Source: Minisyncoccota bacterium
GTDB taxonomy: Bacteria > Patescibacteriota > Minisyncoccia > JBAYJV01
Direction: 5' to 3'
DNA: 64,000 nucleotides
Assembly: GCA_041664925.1 (NCBI GenBank)
Contig: JBAYJV010000002.1
Location: 72,302 to 136,301 of the forward strand
The notes beneath the pieces are model-generated. The model did not search any database and had not been told where the DNA came from. It saw only the letters and a program-made list of their open reading frames with translations. The first letter of the stretch is position 1, and every line of letters begins with the position of its first letter. Positions 25,902 to 34,347 of the stretch are shown piece by piece. Both the position numbers and the translations under genes were made by a program.

Positions 25902-26069
25902 AAGTATTGCTCCGGTAGTTACCGGAGCTTTTTTAATACAATCCTTTACAATTAAAACAAATTATGAAATAATTAAAAGGAAGTGAAAAGTTGAAAGTGA
26001 AAAGTGCAAAATCACAGTTAAAAATTTAAATTATAATTCTTCTAAATTCTAACTTCTATCTTCTACTTA

Positions 26070-27326
26070 ATGTCTGACTTGTTTGAAGAAAAATTTAAAG
26101 AACAATTAACAAAAGAAGCGCCCTTAGCTGATCGCATGAGGCCTTCTGATTTTGATAATTTTTTTGGCCAAGATGATTTGGTTGGTGAGGATAGTCCCTT
26201 GAAGCGTTCTATTCAATCCGATAATTTAGCGTCTTTAATTCTTTGGGGGCCGCCCGGATCAGGAAAAACCACTCTCGCTAGAATTATTGCCAAAAAAACC
26301 AAAGCATATTTTTCTAAATTTTCTGCCGTTACTTCTGGTGTCAAAGATATTCGCTCAGCGATTGCCGATGCCAGAGACAGGCGCAAATTTACTGGACAAA
26401 AAACGATTCTTTTTATTGACGAAATTCATCGCTTCAATAAAGCTCAGCAAGATGCCCTTTTGCCTCATGTTGAAGACGGAACAATTGTTTTAATCGGCGC
26501 AACTACAGAAAACCCATCGTTTTCCGTCATCTCGCCTTTGCTTTCTCGCTCTGCGGTTTATATTTTAAAATCACTCGACAAAGAAGCAATGAAAAAGATT
26601 TTAAAAGTTGCTCTAAAAGATAAAACCAAAGGATTTGGATTATTAAAACTAAAAATTGAAGAAAAAGCGCTTGATCGTTTAGCAAACTACGCTGACGGCG
26701 ATGCAAGAGTTGGTCTTAATGGTCTTGAATTTGCTACCAATTATTTTATAGAAAAAGAGCAAAAGACGATTAAAGACAAAGAACTTTCCTTAATATTAGA
26801 AAAACACGCTTTGCGTTACGATAAGCAAGGCGAAGAACATTACAATGTTATTTCCGCTTTCATCAAATCAATGCGCGACTCTGATCCCGATGGCGCGCTT
26901 TACTGGTTGGCGCGAATGATTGAGTCAGGAGAAGATCCAAGGTTTATCGTCAGGCGCATGGTGATTTTTGCTTCAGAAGATATTGGCAATGCCGATTTCC
27001 GGGCGCTTTTGATTGCCAACGCGGTTGCGCAAGCGGTTGAATTTGTGGGACTTCCTGAAGCGCAAATCAATTTAGCCCACGGCGTAACCTACTTAGCGAC
27101 TGCCAAGAAATCCAACGCTTCTTATGCCGCGCTTCTTGAGGCAAAAGAAGACGCAAAAAAAGGCGCTTTTGGCGTGCCTTTGCATTTAAGAAACGCTACA
27201 ACAAATTTAATGAAAGAATGGGGATATGGCAAAGATTACAAATATGCGCATAATTTTCAAGATTCAAAAGTGAAGCAATCTCATTTTCCTAAAGAAATCG
27301 GCGAAAAGAAATACTATAAATATTAG
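26070..27326 (+). CDS. rarA: replication-associated recombination protein A (AAA+ ATPase RarA/MgsA)
   Basis: Walker A LWGPPGSGKTTLARIIA, Walker B ILFIDEIHRFNKAQQDALLPHVEDGTIVLIGATTENP, RarA C-terminal domain. Confidence 0.85.
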   Translation: MSDLFEEKFKEQLTKEAPLADRMRPSDFDNFFGQDDLVGEDSPLKRSIQSDNLASLILWGPPGSGKTTLARIIAKKTKAYFSKFSAVTSGVKDIRSAIADARDRRKFTGQKTILFIDEIHRFNKAQQDALLPHVEDGTIVLIGATTENPSFSVISPLLSRSAVYILKSLDKEAMKKILKVALKDKTKGFGLLKLKIEEKALDRLANYADGDARVGLNGLEFATNYFIEKEQKTIKDKELSLILEKHALRYDKQGEEHYNVISAFIKSMRDSDPDGALYWLARMIESGEDPRFIVRRMVIFASEDIGNADFRALLIANAVAQAVEFVGLPEAQINLAHGVTYLATAKKSNASYAALLEAKEDAKKGAFGVPLHLRNATTNLMKEWGYGKDYKYAHNFQDSKVKQSHFPKEIGEKKYYKY

Positions 27327-27430
27327 AAACTCTTATTAGTATTACTAATTAGAGTTTCTTTTACCCTGCACCGTATTTATACTGGTACAGGACCGTAAAC
27401 CATAAACTTTATTAGACCTGAATGTCATTA

Positions 27431-27477
27431 AACCCTGAAGTACAATAAATTGACTTCAGGGTTATTGATTGCGTAAT
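27431..27477. repeat. hairpin repeat AACCCTGAAGT-N11-ACTTCAGGGTT + ATTGATTGCGTAAT
   Basis: near-identical inverted copy at 49988-50063. Confidence 0.5.
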
Positions 27478-27505
27478 TTTTCATAAATTCAAAAACACAA
27501 TCAAT

Positions 27506-27643
27506 AAAAAAAGAGGGGGTCCGACCTACTCGTCAGACCCCCCTGGCAAGAGACCTTTGCCGCAGCGCCGGATCATCGGCAAGCAGACTGGCAAAGGAGG
27601 TATGAGAGATACGGCAGGCTCTCGTAAAGTCTCCGCACTCTCA
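27506..27643 (-). ncRNA. candidate small RNA (about 135 nt) with perfect-consensus promoter and intrinsic terminator
   Basis: minus sense TTGACA(27677-27672)-16-TATAAT(27655-27650); GC-rich body with CCUCCUUUGCC anti-SD-like stretch; terminator GGGGGGTCTGacgagtagGTCGGACCCCC+T7; no ORF. Confidence 0.45.
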
Positions 27644-27702
27644 CTATCCATTATACTCCTATTTTAAGTTTTGTCAAGAGTTTTTTGAGAAAAAACGACC
27701 TT

Positions 27703-27731
27703 TTGACATGATATGTTTTTTTTGATAAGAT
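27703..27731 (+). promoter_or_regulatory. class-I promoter TTGACA-17-TAAGAT with AGAACTTAAAAT leader, separated from its gene by a MITE-like insertion
   Basis: consensus. Confidence 0.45.
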
Positions 27732-27765
27732 GAGATAAATAGAACTTAAAATAATATATTAATAT

Positions 27766-27836
27766 GTCATCCTGAACGCAGTGAAGGATCCCGTGTTTAT
27801 GATTATCACGAGATTCTTCGTTTCACTCAGAATGAC
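27766..27836. mobile_element. MITE-like 71-bp element with inverted ends TGTCATCCTGAACG ... CACTCAGAATGAC, in the 5' UTR of the dsbA-like gene
   Basis: full-length related copies at 35281-35355 and 62567-62635; shared core GTCATCCTGAGCGCAGCGAAGGATC. Confidence 0.5.
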
Positions 27837-27846
27837 GGTGAACTTT

Positions 27847-28599
27847 ATGGAATCACAAAAAAATATTTTCGTTATCGCGATTTCAATTATTGTCGCTGGC
27901 TTAGTGATTGGCGGAGCAGTCCTTTACAATGGCTCGCAAGTTGCTAAAGAACAAAAAGCTGATTTAACCGACACTCTTCCTTTGCCACCAGATGAAGTAA
28001 ATGTCCCTACTACCATCACCATAGACACAAAAGGACATCCTTTTATTGGCAAAGAAGATGCGCCTGTAACAATTATTGAGGTCAGTGATTTTGAGTGTCC
28101 ATTTTGTAAGACTTTTGCGGCAGAAACGATGCCGAAACTCAAAGAAACTTACATTGATACTGGCAAGGTGAAATTTTTCTTTGTTGATTTTCCTTTGCCC
28201 TATCATCCTAACGCCCAGAAAGCCGCTGAAGCAGCGTTATGTTATGTTGATCAGGGAAAGGATTACTATGACATTTATAAAAAATTATATGAAAAATCAG
28301 ATGCCCTTGAAGTGGAAAATCTGAAAATCTATGCAAAAGATTTAAAAGTTGATACCAAGAAATTCAATGCTTGTTTAGATGATGGGAAATTTGCTGATCA
28401 AGTTAAGGCAAGCTTTGAGAATATTAATAAAGTTGTTCAGGAATCAAATTTGACTAACTTTGGAACGCCGGCATTTTTTGTCAATGGCAAACCCCTTATC
28501 GGCGCTCAAAAATTTGATGCATTTCAGGGAATGATTGACGATGAATTAGAAACAACAACTACCACAACAAGCACAACAGCCACAAGCACGACAAAGTAA
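27847..28599 (+). CDS. DsbA-family thiol:disulfide oxidoreductase, membrane anchored, Thr/Ser-rich tail
   Basis: start at MESQKN (the longer ORF N-terminus is MITE sequence); TM, then CPFC active site in VTIIEVSDFECPFCKTF and DsbA-like alpha domain. Confidence 0.75.
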   Translation: MESQKNIFVIAISIIVAGLVIGGAVLYNGSQVAKEQKADLTDTLPLPPDEVNVPTTITIDTKGHPFIGKEDAPVTIIEVSDFECPFCKTFAAETMPKLKETYIDTGKVKFFFVDFPLPYHPNAQKAAEAALCYVDQGKDYYDIYKKLYEKSDALEVENLKIYAKDLKVDTKKFNACLDDGKFADQVKASFENINKVVQESNLTNFGTPAFFVNGKPLIGAQKFDAFQGMIDDELETTTTTTSTTATSTTK

Positions 28600-28642
28600 T
28601 TTAAAGATATAAAGATCGGTTCTTACGAACCGGTATTTTTTA

Positions 28643-28671
28643 TTGACTTTTTAATATTAATATGGTAGACT
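28643..28671 (+). promoter_or_regulatory. class-I promoter TTGACT-17-TAGACT followed by AGTTCTTAAACAAA
   Basis: duplicated at 29603-29631. Confidence 0.5.
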
Positions 28672-28708
28672 GACGACAGTTCTTAAACAAATACATAAGG
28701 AGAAGAAA

Positions 28709-29569
28709 ATGACAGGAATAAGAGCAATTGGCATCGATTTTGAGGGTTGTATCTCAGAGGCTGGCGGAGGAAGAGTTTCCTGGCCGACAAGAAACATCTT
28801 GAGACTTGGAGTTCTTCTTAGGGTTCTTTATCAAGAAACTGGTATCTGCGCGTTTCTTGTGACTGGACGCCAGGCACCATACGCAGAAGCAGCTCTTCAA
28901 GCCTTGGGAATTGTGACTGACATTCCAAGCATTGTCGAGAATGGATCAATTCTTTATTATCCAAAGACTAAAAAGTTTAATTTAAATCCTGCTATTACAG
29001 AAAGTGCTCTTTCTCGATTTATTGGAGTAAGACAACAGATCATTGATACAACTAAAATGTATCCATGTGTCAGAGAGCTAGGTAAGGAATTTATGCTTTC
29101 TTTCAGTGTTCAGCATGGGGCTATTGAAGCAAGCGAATTGGCACAAAACATTATTGAAGAAGTAGATGATCTGATCAAACTAGGTATTATTGAAGTAACA
29201 CATTCAAAGTCAGCTGTTGATGTGACTATTCGTGGTGTGAATAAGGGATCGGGTCTTGATTACTGGTCTTCAGAATGTAATATTGCCATAGAAAATTTGG
29301 CAGGTATTGGCGATTCTGAGGGAGATTTGCCAACGCTTGATAGGGTTAAAATGCCAATGTCTCCTGCAAATGTCACGCAGGGAGCCAAGAAAGTTGTTCT
29401 TAATCGTGATGGATATGTATCGCCATATCCTACAACGCAAGGAGTTATTGATTGCGTAACGCGGGTTACGGATAATTCTAGAGTACATCTATTGGCAGCA
29501 AGATTCATTGAAGAGATCACTATTGAGCGACCAACAGAAGATACGCATAAACTAGTTTTTGAAAGATAA
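28709..29569 (+). CDS. HAD-superfamily hydrolase, subfamily IIB (Cof-like phosphatase)
   Basis: motif I IGIDFEG, cap insertion, motif IV GIGDSEGDL. Confidence 0.65.
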   Translation: MTGIRAIGIDFEGCISEAGGGRVSWPTRNILRLGVLLRVLYQETGICAFLVTGRQAPYAEAALQALGIVTDIPSIVENGSILYYPKTKKFNLNPAITESALSRFIGVRQQIIDTTKMYPCVRELGKEFMLSFSVQHGAIEASELAQNIIEEVDDLIKLGIIEVTHSKSAVDVTIRGVNKGSGLDYWSSECNIAIENLAGIGDSEGDLPTLDRVKMPMSPANVTQGAKKVVLNRDGYVSPYPTTQGVIDCVTRVTDNSRVHLLAARFIEEITIERPTEDTHKLVFER

Positions 29570-29602
29570 AGTGAATGCCTGAGTAATATCAGGCATTTTT
29601 TA

Positions 29603-29631
29603 TTGACTTTTTAATATTAATATGGTAAGAT
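29603..29631 (+). promoter_or_regulatory. class-I promoter TTGACT-17-TAAGAT followed by AGTTCTTATACAA
   Basis: 35 bp around the -35 identical to 28630-28665. Confidence 0.5.
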
Positions 29632-29667
29632 AGGAGAGTTCTTATACAATGGATACGAGGAGGGAAG

Positions 29668-30528
29668 ATGGAACGAACAACGATCAAAGGGATCTTGTTT
29701 GATTGGGATGGATCAATGGTTCCGCAGGGCGGTTCAATTGATCCGAAAGTCGCTCAATTTCTCAGATTTCTTCATGAATTAGGAATCAAGATGGGGCCTG
29801 CGACAGGCAAGAATGCTGATTACATGCGAGGCGTCGCCTCTGGTGTCGGCATCTCCATGTGGGACTATGTCGTAGGAGAGAGTGGCGCTTTCTTGCTTCG
29901 ATTGATTGATGCGGGACCTCCGCCAGCCTTTGAAACGACCTGTCTTAGTGGTGATGGCCAAGAGAGTCTTTCTCTCTTTCGCTATCATGCCCGGATAGAC
30001 CAGATCAGAAGAACTCTCTGGGTTCGTGGACGACAAGTATCATACCGTCCAGAACTCAAGGAAATGATCATTACCCTCTTTCCTCCTGACAAAGATATAT
30101 CTGTCACCGAGGAATGGGTTTTGTATTTCGAAGAAATCATCCGAACGCACAGACTCAATCTCAAAGTTCAACGGCATCCTGATGGATGCATTGATATCGT
30201 TCCAATCGGAATCAGTAAGGGGAATGGCGTGTTGATGGTTTGCAAGCTTTTGGAGTGCAAACCGAAAAACATTCTTACGGTAGTTAATGGTTCAAATGAC
30301 AGAGAGCTTGCCGACGGAACAACAGCCATTGCTGTTGGTAATGCAAATCAGGACCTTAAGGAATTAGTGACACAACAAGGAGGTTATGTCGCTGAGCATC
30401 TTGATGGTCTCGGATTTATGGAGGGAGTCTTCTGGTTTGCAACAAAAGAAGCTTTTGGTGAGCTCTCGGGAAAGATCATCGATTATTTCAAAGATCCCGA
30501 GAACGTTCCGCTTTCCATGCGCCAGTAA
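29668..30528 (+). CDS. HAD-superfamily hydrolase, subfamily IIB paralog
   Basis: motif I LFDWDGS, motif IV VVNGSNDRELA; tandem paralog of 28709-29569. Confidence 0.65.
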   Translation: MERTTIKGILFDWDGSMVPQGGSIDPKVAQFLRFLHELGIKMGPATGKNADYMRGVASGVGISMWDYVVGESGAFLLRLIDAGPPPAFETTCLSGDGQESLSLFRYHARIDQIRRTLWVRGRQVSYRPELKEMIITLFPPDKDISVTEEWVLYFEEIIRTHRLNLKVQRHPDGCIDIVPIGISKGNGVLMVCKLLECKPKNILTVVNGSNDRELADGTTAIAVGNANQDLKELVTQQGGYVAEHLDGLGFMEGVFWFATKEAFGELSGKIIDYFKDPENVPLSMRQ

Positions 30529-30656
30529 GAAGCACAATGCCGACCTAACCCGTCGGCATTTTTAATATTAACAAAAAACACGCAAGTCATTGCGTATTTA
30601 ATAAGTTACATTAAATATGTTGAAAGTTGATGGTTGAAAATTTAAAATTATTCAAA

Positions 30657-31529
30657 TTACAATTTGAATAAAGAAGCTGCGCCGATTGCGCCGGCATCTA
30701 AATTGAGTTTGGCTCTAAGAATTTTTGTTTTTTGCTGAGCGATGGGCGAGAAGACATTTTCTTTAAAAGTTTTTAACATGTCTTTTTCAAAAAATTCCCA
30801 AGCTTGGGTGATGCCACCGCCAATAATAATTGCTTCCGGCTCAAACATATTACTAATGTCAGCCAATCCCAATCCTAACCAATAACCATACATTTTCCAA
30901 ACTCGAAGCGCTAACTCATGGCCACTTTGGGCTTTCTCGTAGAGAGTCTTGGGGTTATTGCCAGTTTGCCTTAAAATGAATTGAGAAGAGGCATATTGTT
31001 CCCAACAACCACGATTGCCACAGTTGCATTTTTCACCACCAGCTCGAACGATATTATGTCCCATTTCTGGCGCTGTCCCAAATGATCCTGTCCAAAGCTT
31101 GCCATCGAAAACAAAACCGCTGCCAAGTCCAGTTCCAAGAGTAATCACTACAACCGACTTAAATTTGCTTCCCTCTCCATAAAGATATTCTCCCCAAGCA
31201 AAACAATTAGCATCATTTTCTAGACGAATTTCTGTTGCGAATTCTTTTTCTAAAATTTTCTTAAAATTAATCCCAACGATATTTTTCAAATTTGGCGTTG
31301 CTAAAAGCGCTTCTTTTTTTTCATCTAATACTCCGGGAATGCCAATGCCAATTCCGGAAATTTCATGATCTCCTTTTAATTTCTTTATTAAATCTATTAA
31401 AAAAGTGTCCCAATGATCAGTCGGGGATTTTTCTTTTAACTTTTCTATGATTTTGCCATCACGGAAAACAATGCCAAAAGTTTTTGACCCGCCAATGTCT
31501 ACACCAATATAAGTTTTTATATTTTTCAT
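30657..31529 (-). CDS. ROK-family glucokinase/sugar kinase
   Basis: IGVDIGGSKT N-terminus, EMGH, zinc motif CNCGNRGCWE. Confidence 0.8.
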   Translation of the reverse strand: MKNIKTYIGVDIGGSKTFGIVFRDGKIIEKLKEKSPTDHWDTFLIDLIKKLKGDHEISGIGIGIPGVLDEKKEALLATPNLKNIVGINFKKILEKEFATEIRLENDANCFAWGEYLYGEGSKFKSVVVITLGTGLGSGFVFDGKLWTGSFGTAPEMGHNIVRAGGEKCNCGNRGCWEQYASSQFILRQTGNNPKTLYEKAQSGHELALRVWKMYGYWLGLGLADISNMFEPEAIIIGGGITQAWEFFEKDMLKTFKENVFSPIAQQKTKILRAKLNLDAGAIGAASLFKL

Positions 31530-31579
31530 TTATTTGAAGTGAGCTTTTATCTAAAATAAATTTTATTTAAAATGAGCCT

Positions 31580-32350
31580 TCATTTGAAGTAAAAAAAGCT
31601 TTGAGGAACAAGCTGAACCAAGTATTCTTCAGGATTACTGAGCCAAAAAAACTTTTCGGGATTTTCTTGAAACTGAAATAAAAGCCTAGAAGCATCTATT
31701 TCAAACAACATCAAATCCCGCGGACGAGCCATTCTAGGAATGGTCTTTTTGGGATAATTAGGATTTGGCACTACTTTAAACGAATCTTTGTCTTCTATTA
31801 TATAGGAAATTCCACCTTTGTGGATTTTATAAAAATCATATCCTGACTCAAAAGAAGCATCAAGAAGATTAGCCATGACTAGAGGTCTTTCGTCGAGATT
31901 AATCGTCACATGTCCATAGCCCGGAGGAATGACAACTTTTTCACCTTCAAATGCCTCAACCAAAATCGCATCTTTTAAATTATTTTTTTGTAAAAGATAT
32001 AAGGCGTGACCAGAAACCACTTCATAAATTTCTGGATATGCTACTTTTGTTTTAGGTTTATTTGGGTGATAATGCCCGACAGTTTTATTGAATTCATTGC
32101 CAATCTTTCTTGGAGGCAAAATCGTAATGTCATATCTTAAATTGCTTGACTCAAAAATGCCACGATACATAAGATAAAAGGGTTCTGAATCTTTGATCTC
32201 AGTAAATTTTTTACCATCATTAATAAATTTTTTTAATTCTTTGAATGTGCGAATATCCGGCTCAATCGGTGCAAAATTATTATAAAAATAAAGCTCGCCA
32301 TTGTCTTTGAGTTTTATGGGAATTCCAGATTGTTTTCTTAAATCAAGCAT
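31580..32350 (-). CDS. cupin-type glucose-6-phosphate isomerase (archaeal-type cPGI)
   Basis: TVGHYHPNKPKTKVAYPEIYEVVSGHA matches the TxGHxH...ExY cupin PGI signature; adjacent to glucokinase. Confidence 0.6.
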   Translation of the reverse strand: MLDLRKQSGIPIKLKDNGELYFYNNFAPIEPDIRTFKELKKFINDGKKFTEIKDSEPFYLMYRGIFESSNLRYDITILPPRKIGNEFNKTVGHYHPNKPKTKVAYPEIYEVVSGHALYLLQKNNLKDAILVEAFEGEKVVIPPGYGHVTINLDERPLVMANLLDASFESGYDFYKIHKGGISYIIEDKDSFKVVPNPNYPKKTIPRMARPRDLMLFEIDASRLLFQFQENPEKFFWLSNPEEYLVQLVPQSFFYFK

Positions 32351-32402
32351 GAAGATTAGAATTTGGAAGTTAGAAGTTGGAAGTTAGAATTATTAATTCA
32401 TT

Positions 32403-33884
32403 TTAATCGTTTGGACCAAAAGGACCAGTGGGATTGTTGGGATAAATTCTGTATGGTTTTATGTTTTCAGTTTTTCGCGTACTCGTATCCATAATATTGT
32501 ACCCTTTTGCTTCTATTTTATCTCTAATTTTATCAGCTTCGTTATATTTTTTTTGTTCTTTTAGTTTATATCGTTCTTCTGCAAGTTTTTTTATGTCTTC
32601 AGGGCTATTATTTGTTCTTTTTATTATTCTTTTCAAATCAATTCCAATAATTTGATTAATATCCATAATAAAATCTTCAATTTTTACTGCATCGTTCTTA
32701 GATATTTTACCCTCGTCAATTAGATTATTAACCTTTTCTATAAATTCAAGAACCACAGATAGTGCATTTGGAGCATCAAGATCATTTTTAATAAATTCCA
32801 AAAAATTGGTTTTAGTTGTAAGTATTTTAGAATTCATAGTTTCTTTTTCTGTTTCATGAATATCTTCTCTCAGTCGATCTAAAAAGAATACTATAGTTTC
32901 TAGATTAGCTTTTGCTTGATCCAGCGCTTTCCAGGAAAAATCAAGAGGGGAGCGATAATGCGTTGAAAAGACCAGTAGGCGAAAAACGGAAGCGCCATAA
33001 CCTTTATCCAATATATTTTTTAGAATATAGAAATTGCCTTTTGATTTCGCCATTTTCTCACCATCAACCAAAAGGTGTCTTGGGTGGAACCAGAAATTTG
33101 CAAAAGGCTTGCCAGTTAGATTTTCTGATTGAGCAATTTCGTTTTCATGATGAGGGAAAATATTATCTTCGCCGCCCGTATGAATATCCAAAGTATCCAC
33201 GCCTAAGAATTTTCTGCTCATGACCGAACATTCAATATGCCAACCGGGATAACCTTTTCCCCAAGGAGAATCCCATTGCATCAGATGATCTTTTTCAGCT
33301 GGTCGCCACAAGTAAAAATCGAAAGGATTCTTTTTTCTTGGATCCGGTTTAATGCGACTGCCGGTTTCTAATTTTTCTAGAGTGTTGCCAGAAAGTTTTC
33401 CGTAATCCTTAAATTTAGTAACATCAAAAAAAACAGCACCGTCATTTTCATAAGCAAACTCCTTATCTATCAAGGTCTTTACCGCTTCGATCATTTCTGG
33501 AATATTTTCTGTTGCCCTGGGATAAAATTCTGCCGGTTCAATATTGAGGGTTTTTTCATCACTGCGAAAAGCATCTTCGTAATGCTTGGCAATGTCTTTG
33601 GGACTCAATTTTTCTTTTTTAGCTTTTTCTTCGATTTTATCTGCGCCCTCATCAATATCATCTTGGGTTAAATGACCAACATCAGTAATATTTTTTACTT
33701 GAATAACCTTATAACCTAAATATTCTAAAGTGCGTCTTAAAAAATCAGTTACGATGTAACTTCTAAAATTACCGATATGGGCATAATCATAAACCGTCGG
33801 TCCGCAAGTGTACATGAGCACTTCATTGCTAGATATTGGCCTAAACTCTTCTTTTTGCTTAGTTAAGGTATTGTACAATAACAT
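32403..33884 (-). CDS. cysS: cysteine--tRNA ligase
   Basis: YTCGPTVYDYAHIGNFRSY (HIGH), KMAKSKGNF (KMSKS), Zn-binding Cys/His; C-terminal extension. Confidence 0.9.
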   Translation of the reverse strand: MLLYNTLTKQKEEFRPISSNEVLMYTCGPTVYDYAHIGNFRSYIVTDFLRRTLEYLGYKVIQVKNITDVGHLTQDDIDEGADKIEEKAKKEKLSPKDIAKHYEDAFRSDEKTLNIEPAEFYPRATENIPEMIEAVKTLIDKEFAYENDGAVFFDVTKFKDYGKLSGNTLEKLETGSRIKPDPRKKNPFDFYLWRPAEKDHLMQWDSPWGKGYPGWHIECSVMSRKFLGVDTLDIHTGGEDNIFPHHENEIAQSENLTGKPFANFWFHPRHLLVDGEKMAKSKGNFYILKNILDKGYGASVFRLLVFSTHYRSPLDFSWKALDQAKANLETIVFFLDRLREDIHETEKETMNSKILTTKTNFLEFIKNDLDAPNALSVVLEFIEKVNNLIDEGKISKNDAVKIEDFIMDINQIIGIDLKRIIKRTNNSPEDIKKLAEERYKLKEQKKYNEADKIRDKIEAKGYNIMDTSTRKTENIKPYRIYPNNPTGPFGPND

Positions 33885-33902
33885 GAATTTAGAATTTGGA
33901 AG

Positions 33903-34289
33903 TTAGAATTTAGTAGAATTAAAACTTTTTGATTTCGAAATCAAGCCATTTAACAATTTACCAACACTTATTACTTGTAAATCTATATTATCAAAAACAT
34001 CACTCGAAATATAACTTAGATCCCTGGCAATTAGAATTTGATTTTTGACTTCAGATAAAGATCCTAGAGCTACATAATAAAATTGTATTTTCTCTTTTAA
34101 ACTTTTTCTACAAAATCCTTCTGCAATATTACTTGTTATTGAAATAGAAGCTCTTCTTAATTGATTAGTTAATCCATGAATTTCATTTTTGGGAAAATTA
34201 CTTGTAGTTTTATAAATTAACAAAACAAGTTTATGCCCCTCTTGCCAGACGATCAAATCGCTAAAACTTTTAATTTTTCCTTTATTCAT
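33903..34289 (-). CDS. four-helix-bundle protein (23S rRNA intervening-sequence protein family)
   Basis: FSDLIVWQEGHKLVLLIYKTTSNFPKNEIHGLTNQLRRASISITSNIAEGFCRKS matches the family signature. Confidence 0.75.
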   Translation of the reverse strand: MNKGKIKSFSDLIVWQEGHKLVLLIYKTTSNFPKNEIHGLTNQLRRASISITSNIAEGFCRKSLKEKIQFYYVALGSLSEVKNQILIARDLSYISSDVFDNIDLQVISVGKLLNGLISKSKSFNSTKF

Positions 34290-34347
34290 ATTCTATATTC
34301 CAACTTCTAAAATCTATCTTCTAACTTCCATATTCCATATTCTAATC

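Noticed and set aside
27781-28599. ORF-track start at 27781 for the DsbA-like gene
   Set aside because: The first 22 codons are MITE-like repeat sequence. The true start is at MESQKN 27847.
32351-32402. CRISPR-like array suggested by the TTAGAAGTTGGAAGTTAGAA repeats
   Set aside because: The units are only 6-12 bp with no spacers of constant length and no cas genes. They are short tandem or low-complexity repeats, not CRISPR.
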